Origin: Gammaproteobacteria bacterium
GTDB lineage: Bacteria; Pseudomonadota; Gammaproteobacteria; Steroidobacterales; Rariloculaceae
NCBI GenBank assembly: GCA_022825505.1
Contig: JAJDWR010000030.1
Coordinates: 39,169 to 103,168 of the forward strand
DNA length: 64,000 nucleotides
Direction of reading: 5' to 3'
The position numbers and the translations under genes were made by a program. Below are positions 47,110-53,962 of this stretch, piece after piece. The notes beneath the pieces were generated by a model. That model ran no database searches, was not told the origin of the DNA, and saw only the letters and a list, made by a program, of their open reading frames with translations. Positions within the stretch are counted from its first letter, which is position 1, and the number at the start of each line of letters is the position of its first letter.

Positions 47110-47126
47110 GTAATAGTAACTATTAC
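47110..47126. promoter_or_regulatory. perfect 17-bp palindrome GTAATAGT-A-ACTATTAC upstream of TBDR2 (candidate operator)
   Basis: 8-bp arms around a central A, in the AT-rich 237-bp gap, about 150 nt upstream of the TBDR2 ATG (46958). Confidence 0.45.
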
Positions 47127-47195
47127 TTATTTTGATACAAGAGAGGAAGCTGCCGACAGCTCACCATGAAGTCACGAATGAGGGCCGTGACGTTT

Positions 47196-48206
47196 CTACT
47201 GTTCGCGGATGAACAGCGAGGCGCTGTCGACCTCGCAGGTGTAGTCGTAGATCGGTTCGTCGTCCGAGACGCGCGCAAAGTTCGCGTGGGCGGAATAGGG
47301 CTCGGAAAGATAGACCGGATCTTCCAATGTGTAGTCGATCGTGAGCGTGCTGCCGTCGTCGTTCACGGAATAGCGCTCGATCACCCGCTTCCCTGCGCTG
47401 GACGGTACGTCCTCCATGTCTCGAAGCGCCAGGCCCCAGGCCGACTCCGGGTAGCCGAAGCTCTCTACGACGAGTTCATCGTCCTCGACCCGGCCGGAAA
47501 CCATTCCGAAGCGTCCGGACGGCTCTGCCTGCCTCGGCGCCGAATCCAGCGGTACCGTGCGGGTGACGTTGTAAGACTCATGCTGCAGGACGGCCTGCTC
47601 GTCCGTTATCCGTATGTCCAGCAGATACAACCCGTAAAATATCTTCGGTATGTTGGCGGGCTCGCAGGTGACCGTCGGCGATTGGCCGGGGTCGAAATTC
47701 GCAAGAGCCGCAGCGCCGGCGGGTGTGATGGGCAACGGCTCCAGTTGCGGACGAAACGTCGCGGTCCAACGGCCTGCCAGGCTTTCGATACCCGTTGACC
47801 TGTCGGTCCCTGTCTGTGCAGTCAGCGAGATGGATCCGGCGTCGCCCTTCAGGACCCGACCGTCGGCCGCGGTCACGGCCCGTCCCCATACTCGAGGGAG
47901 CGGTCGCCGATTCGGCCACGCGAGTACCGTGACCTCGTCACCGGGTTCGAACGAATCGGCCTCGAAGCCGAGCCGCCTCAACATGGCCAGGGAGGCCAGT
48001 TCCACCTCGTAGCGCTCCACCATGCCGTCTGCGCCCGTTACGTCGAGTTGCAGCAACGAATGCGGAGACCGCAGCATGTAGTCGACAACGACGCCCGTGA
48101 TTTCCATCTCCCGGTTTGCGTCGTAGGTCGTACGGAACGAGTGGTGACCCGAGGCGCTGCTCACGCCAAGCAGCAGGATCAGAAGTGCGAATCTGTTTGT
48201 GTTCAT
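47196..48206 (-). CDS. exported two-domain protein: HH...SPH module + two-Cys domain
   Basis: MNTNRFALLILLLGVSSASG followed by HHSF. Motifs LRSPHSLL, VTCEPANIP...GMVSGRVEDDELVVES...YTCEVD. ATG at 48204-48206. Confidence 0.85.
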   Translation of the reverse strand: MNTNRFALLILLLGVSSASGHHSFRTTYDANREMEITGVVVDYMLRSPHSLLQLDVTGADGMVERYEVELASLAMLRRLGFEADSFEPGDEVTVLAWPNRRPLPRVWGRAVTAADGRVLKGDAGSISLTAQTGTDRSTGIESLAGRWTATFRPQLEPLPITPAGAAALANFDPGQSPTVTCEPANIPKIFYGLYLLDIRITDEQAVLQHESYNVTRTVPLDSAPRQAEPSGRFGMVSGRVEDDELVVESFGYPESAWGLALRDMEDVPSSAGKRVIERYSVNDDGSTLTIDYTLEDPVYLSEPYSAHANFARVSDDEPIYDYTCEVDSASLFIREQ

Positions 48207-48444
48207 TCTCGATAAACCGTTGAAATCTGTGATCGACTTTCGACCTGGAACCGACCGCAAGAAACATCGCGGCGGCCACAAGGCTGTCCCCCCGGAACTG
48301 ACCGGTTTTCGTTCCTAGCTTAGACCAGGCGAACGAACTGGAACATTACGGATTGCATATGGAATCTATTGGTCATACTAATACAGCGACAAGAAAGTAT
48401 TGACCGGGGTAGAATCCCCGGGAACGAGAAAAAAAGAGGGAGCC

Positions 48445-49032
48445 ATGAAATATCAGAAGCGTCAATCGCGAGTTGGGCCTGGCATTTTTGCAATACTTGC
48501 CGCGGTCGTGGCGTGGTCGCATCCGGCGGCTTCGCACCATTCCTTCAGTGCTCTGCAGACTCCGGAAGGCGAGGACGCCGTTTACGCGTTTGAGGGCACC
48601 GTCCGGGCGTTCCGGATCCTCAATCCCCACGGTGCCCTGATCATTGACACCGTGGACGAGGCGGGCACCAGCGATACGTGGCTCATCGAACTCAGTCCGG
48701 CGGCCCAACTGGCGCGGGAGGGTTGGCACGACGATATCATTGCGCCCGGCGATGCCGTCACGGTTTCGATATTCCCGGCCGTCACGCCCAATCGGGCCCG
48801 TCTCAGGGCACTGCAGATCCCCGGCGAGGCCGAGGGCGAGCCGGCCCAGCTCCTCGTTTCCTACGGAATTCGCGGCGATACGCCCATCATGCGCCGGCTC
48901 AGGGAACGCCTCCCGGTCTGCGGTACGATCGACTCCAGTTTCCAGCGAACCGAGTGCTTTCTCATCAATGCCGAAACGTCAGCAGCACTTGCGGAGGAGT
49001 TTCCGGGTACGATGGGCTATGTGATTCCGTAG
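48445..49032 (+). CDS. exported HH...NPH module protein with short Cys-containing tail
   Basis: Signal peptide ...HPAAS followed by HHSF. Motifs ILNPHGAL, GDAVTV. Tail PVCGTIDSSFQRTEC. GAGGGAG RBS before the ATG at 48445. Confidence 0.8.
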   Translation: MKYQKRQSRVGPGIFAILAAVVAWSHPAASHHSFSALQTPEGEDAVYAFEGTVRAFRILNPHGALIIDTVDEAGTSDTWLIELSPAAQLAREGWHDDIIAPGDAVTVSIFPAVTPNRARLRALQIPGEAEGEPAQLLVSYGIRGDTPIMRRLRERLPVCGTIDSSFQRTECFLINAETSAALAEEFPGTMGYVIP

Positions 49033-49059
49033 GCCCGCTTGCGTCCCCGGGGAGATTCG

Positions 49060-50148
49060 ATGTCCATGCTGAAGATCCGGACTTCAAATTGCGTGATCGC
49101 GATCTCCATGCTTGTTGCGGTCCAGGGCCTTGCCCAGGCGCCCGAATTGCGCCGCGCATCTCTTGAAGAGGAAGTCGTCCGGACGATCTCGCATATCAAC
49201 GGAGATGTGTACCATGCGCAGACCAATCGGTCCGGAACGGCGTTTCTCGTGACGCCGGAGGGGATCATCCTCGCCGACCCGCTCAGCCGCGACTTTGCCC
49301 AGTGGCTCAAGGAGGAGTTCGCGACGCGTTTCGGCGTGCCCGTGCGCTACGTGGTCTACAGCCACCACCACTGGGATCACGGTTCAGGCGGAGCGGTCTT
49401 CGCGGATACGGCTGAATTCGTAGGCCACGCCAACATGCTTTCCTACCTGGAAATGCCCCCGCCGACGACAACGCTTGCCGACGTCGTCGGACAATACGAG
49501 CCTGTCGCCGCGCTGGACTCCAATGGCAACGGCGTGGTCGAGTTCAGCGAGACGCCCGAAGACATGCAGCGCTTTCCGGGCAGCCGACAGAACATCTTCG
49601 AAGGATTCGACGCCAATCGGGACGGTGAGCTGAGCGGTGCGGAGATCGTGCGCGGCGCCATCAGCTTCGTCCACCCGCCGACGATCCGGTATACCGACGA
49701 GATCGAGGTCCGACTGGGCGGCAAGCGCGTCAGGCTCACCTGGATGGGCAACATGAACCACTCCAACGATACGAGCCTCATCACGTTTCCCGACGACGAC
49801 GTGATGCTGATCGTGGACTACGTGTCGCGGCGCCTGCCGAATCGGGAGATGGACTATGAGCTTGGGGGCTTCCCCGAGTGGATGGAAGCCATCGCAAGGA
49901 CGGAAGAGATGGCCATGGACTACGGCTATGTGCTGACCGCCCACGGCCCCGTCGGAACCTGGGAAGATGTCAGGGCCTGGCGGGAGTACCTCGAGGATCT
50001 GCGCGATGCGGTAGCCGCGGGAATCGCAGCAGGGCAAACCCTCGAGGAGATGCAGCGGACCGTCACCATGGATGAATACAGCCATTGGGAACGCTTCGAC
50101 TGGGTCGACGAAAACGTCCTCGGCATGTATCACTTCCTGACCGACTGA
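49060..50148 (+). CDS. exported MBL-fold metallo-hydrolase with inserted EF-hand pair (paralogue C)
   Basis: Signal peptide ...VQGLAQA. SHHHWDHGSGG. EF loops DSNGNGVVEFSE (49516..49551) and DANRDGELSGAE (49609..49644). Confidence 0.88.
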   Translation: MSMLKIRTSNCVIAISMLVAVQGLAQAPELRRASLEEEVVRTISHINGDVYHAQTNRSGTAFLVTPEGIILADPLSRDFAQWLKEEFATRFGVPVRYVVYSHHHWDHGSGGAVFADTAEFVGHANMLSYLEMPPPTTTLADVVGQYEPVAALDSNGNGVVEFSETPEDMQRFPGSRQNIFEGFDANRDGELSGAEIVRGAISFVHPPTIRYTDEIEVRLGGKRVRLTWMGNMNHSNDTSLITFPDDDVMLIVDYVSRRLPNREMDYELGGFPEWMEAIARTEEMAMDYGYVLTAHGPVGTWEDVRAWREYLEDLRDAVAAGIAAGQTLEEMQRTVTMDEYSHWERFDWVDENVLGMYHFLTD

Positions 50149-50186
50149 CTTCAGGCACTCCGCGTCACACCGATAGACCGTTGTCC

Positions 50187-51734
50187 CTAACCTCTGTTCG
50201 ACTGAATGGTGATATCAAAGGCAAGCGTAGCGGTATCGCCGTCCTCATCGGTCACGGTATAGGTCATTTCGAAGGTTTGCGACCGGGCCATCGGCGTACC
50301 GGAAAGTTGGCGCGTAGTGGCGTCGAACGTCAGTCCATTGATGGACGGTTCGAGGCTGTACGTCAACGTCCCGTCGCCGCCCGTCGCCTCCGGCAGTGTC
50401 AGCGTTTCGATGGCGGTGCCTGCGCGATATTCCTGGTCTTCAATTTCGCTCCCGCTGGGGAAACTCGGTTCGGAATTCTCCGGCTCCGCAAGCACCCAAC
50501 TGCCGCCCAGCCAGTAGCCGTCATCCGGGTAGTCGGTTCCGGTGCATTCCGACACCAGCCAGCCGGACTCGCGGGAGGCAAAGAACAGGTTCGCCACGCA
50601 TACGTCGCCGTCGTCGTGGGTGAGCGTAAGGCGCCCGGTTTCCGGCCCGAGCGCTTCATACGCGTAGCCGCCGGGGGATTCGTCGGTCACTCCGTCTGAC
50701 GTTTCCGACTCCGTGAACTTGTTTTCAGACTGGACGGCGAGCGAAACGGTATCTCCTTCGGATCGGTATTCGATCGTGTTTCCGGCGAAGCGGTCGTTGA
50801 ACGCTTCCGGACTCACCGGCGCCGCCCCGGAAATTGCCGTGGTCGAGAGATTGTTCCAGTAGCCAGCGGTGGCCGCGACAATGTTGACCACCTGAAGCGG
50901 ATGGTCCGACGATACCTTCAACCGCCACTTGCCGGTGCCGGCGCCCAGCCGGCCCGTGAACGTAGTGTCGTCGTTCTCGTTGTTTTCATTCATGTTGGTG
51001 GTGTCACCCGCCTCAAGCTGCTGCGCGGTTAACGTCCTGGCGCCGCCCGCTGACAATGCCAGCGTCACGTCGCCGCCCGTAGCGGCATTGCCGCTGTCAT
51101 CGCGCCCGCTGATCGTCACCGCCGCTGACGCGCCCCCCGGGTTGATCAGGCGCAGTCGGCTCACGTGGGTTACTTCGCTTGCCGGATTGAAGACTGGCAC
51201 GTCGTAGATGTACGCGACTGAGCCGCCGTTCGTCTCGTCCGACTCGCCATTCATCCCCTCCGACTCGCTGGTTTCCCCGTCCGACCCGTCCGTCGCACCG
51301 CCGCGCACCGTATGGTGCATCGCGCTCAGCGTGCCATCGGCAGCGCGGACGAAGGCCAGCGAAACGATATCGAGATCCGATTCGATCTCCAGCCGCACAT
51401 CGCCCAAATCCGTACCGATTCCGCCGGTCAGTCCCAGCGTGTCGTTTCCGGATTGAAGATCCGTGGCAGTGAACTCGGCCGCCGCAGAAGCGTTCAGAGT
51501 GAACGTGGCGGGTCCCGAACGCGTGCCCGAATCGTCTATGGCGTAAATCTCCACCGTCCCGGACTCGGCCGTATCGTTGAGGATTCGAAGCATGCCCTGC
51601 GGTTCGCTGGAAGTGCCTGCCGGCACCAGCAGCGGCACGATCAGGGATTCGCCATGCGCTGCCGCCATGGACGATAGAAGACCCGCCGCCGCCAGACGAC
51701 GAATCATGCAGTAATTCTTTCGCAGTGTTTTCAT
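50187..51734 (-). CDS. exported repeat protein: two ~115-aa beta-sandwich-like repeats, acidic linker, C-terminal cadherin-like/putative Ig domain
   Basis: Internal duplication (LRILNDTAESGTVEIYAIDDSG... vs LRLINPGGASAAVTISGRDDSG...). The C-terminus TLPEATGGDGTLTYSLEPSINGLTFDATTRQLSGTP...YTVTDEDGDTA is typical of dystroglycan-type cadherin-like domains. Start at 51734 (MKTL) or 51707 (MIRR). Confidence 0.72.
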   Translation of the reverse strand: MKTLRKNYCMIRRLAAAGLLSSMAAAHGESLIVPLLVPAGTSSEPQGMLRILNDTAESGTVEIYAIDDSGTRSGPATFTLNASAAAEFTATDLQSGNDTLGLTGGIGTDLGDVRLEIESDLDIVSLAFVRAADGTLSAMHHTVRGGATDGSDGETSESEGMNGESDETNGGSVAYIYDVPVFNPASEVTHVSRLRLINPGGASAAVTISGRDDSGNAATGGDVTLALSAGGARTLTAQQLEAGDTTNMNENNENDDTTFTGRLGAGTGKWRLKVSSDHPLQVVNIVAATAGYWNNLSTTAISGAAPVSPEAFNDRFAGNTIEYRSEGDTVSLAVQSENKFTESETSDGVTDESPGGYAYEALGPETGRLTLTHDDGDVCVANLFFASRESGWLVSECTGTDYPDDGYWLGGSWVLAEPENSEPSFPSGSEIEDQEYRAGTAIETLTLPEATGGDGTLTYSLEPSINGLTFDATTRQLSGTPMARSQTFEMTYTVTDEDGDTATLAFDITIQSNRG

Positions 51735-52039
51735 TTGCTCAGCCACCCTGAAACAGGCACAAGGACGCATACAAGCGGGCCAGTGTAAAATCAACGGGTT
51801 AGCGACACAATGCAGAAAACCTAATATAAGCCATTTCGAGCGCTAATATCAGATGCGGTTGTGCATGCGACAAGACACATCGTTTCGCGCGGTGTGTCAG
51901 AGATCAATTCCAGCCCTGCACGTCGGTCATCCTATTGATTTTCGAAATACCGTGTATTGATCAACAAGGATTGAGGTCTGGTTCCGCAAACGCTAGTGTT
52001 TTGGTGGTTCATCAGAGCGCGGAAGCTGGGCGAACGGAT

Positions 52040-53086
52040 ATGAGAGAAACGGTCATCGGAAGGGCTGTCGGTACAGCGGTCAAGTTTTCAAGGCTGCTCC
52101 TTTGCGGTTGTCTGCTCGCCGCTGTGCAGGTTGCATCCGCTCACCACAATTTCAACGCCATTTTTGAAATGGAGCGTTATGAAATCCTCGACTTGACGGT
52201 TACCAGCATTCGTTGGACGAACCCGCATGTGCTGATACGGGGCGATACGGAAACCGGAGATTCCTGGACGGTGGAGACGGGGCCCGTCAATGTCCTGGCG
52301 AGGTCGGGAGTCAGCACCGAGACACTCGTGGAGGGCGATCGGGTGATGTTTCGGGGCAACCCCAGCCGTGCCGGCCGAAACCTGCTCTGGTTGAGAAACA
52401 TGCTGACGCCCGAGGGTCAGGAAATACTATTCGCCAACGGCCAGCCGTACTGGGGCGCCGGCGAGGACGCGCAAAGGGTCGGGAGCAGGGCCGCCCTGTC
52501 CAACAGCGGCCGGGCCGACGACGAGATCACCTTGTTCCGCGTCTGGGGGTCGTTGGGCGACGGGCCGAACAGCTCTTACAGACCGCAATTCAATGAAACC
52601 GCCGGGCAGATTCAGGCAAGCTACGAGCGCCCGGAAGGCTTCGACTGCATGCCGCCCGGTATGCCGCGTGCCTTCAACCAGCGGCACCCCATCGAGTTTA
52701 TCGACCAGGGGGACCGCATGCTGCTGCGCGGCGAGGAATTCGATGCGGAGCGCATCATCTGGCTGACGCCGCCGGAGGAAGCCCCGGAGCCCTCCTTGTA
52801 CGGTTACTCGGTTGGCACTCTCGACGGCAACGTCCTGACGATCGAGACGACGCGCATCGACTACCCGCGCTTCACGGTCCAGGGCCCGTATGAGGGCATG
52901 CCCATGAGTCCGGACGCGCGAGTCGTGGAAACCTACCGGCTCGTCGACGACGGCCTGAACCTGGAGTACGAGTCGACCCTGTACGACGAAATGTACCTGG
53001 CGGAGCCCTTCTACTTCGCACAGACCTACATGCAGGTACCGGGTCTGGAAATCCTACCCTGGGCGTGCATCTACGAGAACGAATAG
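52040..53086 (+). CDS. exported two-domain protein: HH...NPH module + two-Cys 'GYSVG' domain
   Basis: Signal peptide ...VASA followed by HHNF. Motifs WTNPHVLI, FDCMPPGMP...YGYSVGTLDGNVLTIETT...WACIYE. Confidence 0.85.
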   Translation: MRETVIGRAVGTAVKFSRLLLCGCLLAAVQVASAHHNFNAIFEMERYEILDLTVTSIRWTNPHVLIRGDTETGDSWTVETGPVNVLARSGVSTETLVEGDRVMFRGNPSRAGRNLLWLRNMLTPEGQEILFANGQPYWGAGEDAQRVGSRAALSNSGRADDEITLFRVWGSLGDGPNSSYRPQFNETAGQIQASYERPEGFDCMPPGMPRAFNQRHPIEFIDQGDRMLLRGEEFDAERIIWLTPPEEAPEPSLYGYSVGTLDGNVLTIETTRIDYPRFTVQGPYEGMPMSPDARVVETYRLVDDGLNLEYESTLYDEMYLAEPFYFAQTYMQVPGLEILPWACIYENE

Positions 53087-53123
53087 TCCGGCGCCGGACA
53101 GATCGACGTAAAGGAACGGGCGG

Positions 53124-53852
53124 CTACAGGACGAGCGCGTAGTAGAGCGTTCCCAACAACATGCTGCCGGCGAGCCCCAAGGCTAGCATGCGCGGACCCG
53201 TCAACCGCGACCAGAGCAACAGTCCCGTGAGCGACAGCACCACCATGGCAACGGACAGCGCATCGATGACAAAGACCCACACATTTCCGCTGAAATTGGC
53301 CAGGTGCAGCCGGTTGAACGTCTGGAAAATCCCCCGGGTCGTATACGTGACATCAATGTAGGTGTTGCCTTCAACATAGCGAATGTCGTACTGCTCGTTG
53401 GCTGATGCAAAGTGCGTCACGAGGCGTTGCGGCTGTTCCACCAGCCGGCTGCCCAGTTCGGCCGCTGCGGGCGCTAAACGCTGAGCCAGTCTTTCTGCGT
53501 CTTCTTCTTCAGGCACGAACGTCTGCCCATTGATCCCCAACGAGCCGATCAGGAACCGTTCGAAGTCCGCCTGGGCAGCGAATCCGTCGGCGGGCGCCTC
53601 AAGCTGGAAGTTCTCGACACCCTGGATCACCTGGAGATTGAAGTCTGTACGGTGATTCAACGTAATGCCGCTGATGCCGATGATCACGCCCCCGGCGGCG
53701 CAGGTGATGCCTACCCAGGAATGCGTCTTGCGCAGCACCTGCAACGCCTGCCGATTATGCAGAGCCCGGGGCAGAAACGGATGTGCTCTAAGGGGACGCG
53801 CCGAAGCGGTTTTTGGTCTCTTGTCTGCGTTTGCCGTTGAAGTGTTCACCAT
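53124..53852 (-). CDS. PepSY-associated TM-helix protein (short form)
   Basis: LRKTHSWVGITCAAGGVIIGISGITLNHR and FNRLHLANFSGNVWVFVIDALSVAMVVLSLTGLLLW match the PepSY_TM pattern. Lies directly downstream of TBDR3. Confidence 0.68.
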   Translation of the reverse strand: MVNTSTANADKRPKTASARPLRAHPFLPRALHNRQALQVLRKTHSWVGITCAAGGVIIGISGITLNHRTDFNLQVIQGVENFQLEAPADGFAAQADFERFLIGSLGINGQTFVPEEEDAERLAQRLAPAAAELGSRLVEQPQRLVTHFASANEQYDIRYVEGNTYIDVTYTTRGIFQTFNRLHLANFSGNVWVFVIDALSVAMVVLSLTGLLLWSRLTGPRMLALGLAGSMLLGTLYYALVL

Positions 53853-53962
53853 GCCCCCGCCTTCGCGCGATTGACCGCGGTCAGGATTTCGTCACCGCCC
53901 GGGCCGACGGTGGTCAGGCGCGCAACGTCCACAGTCGGCTCCACCTCTTCGAGTTTCGGAAA

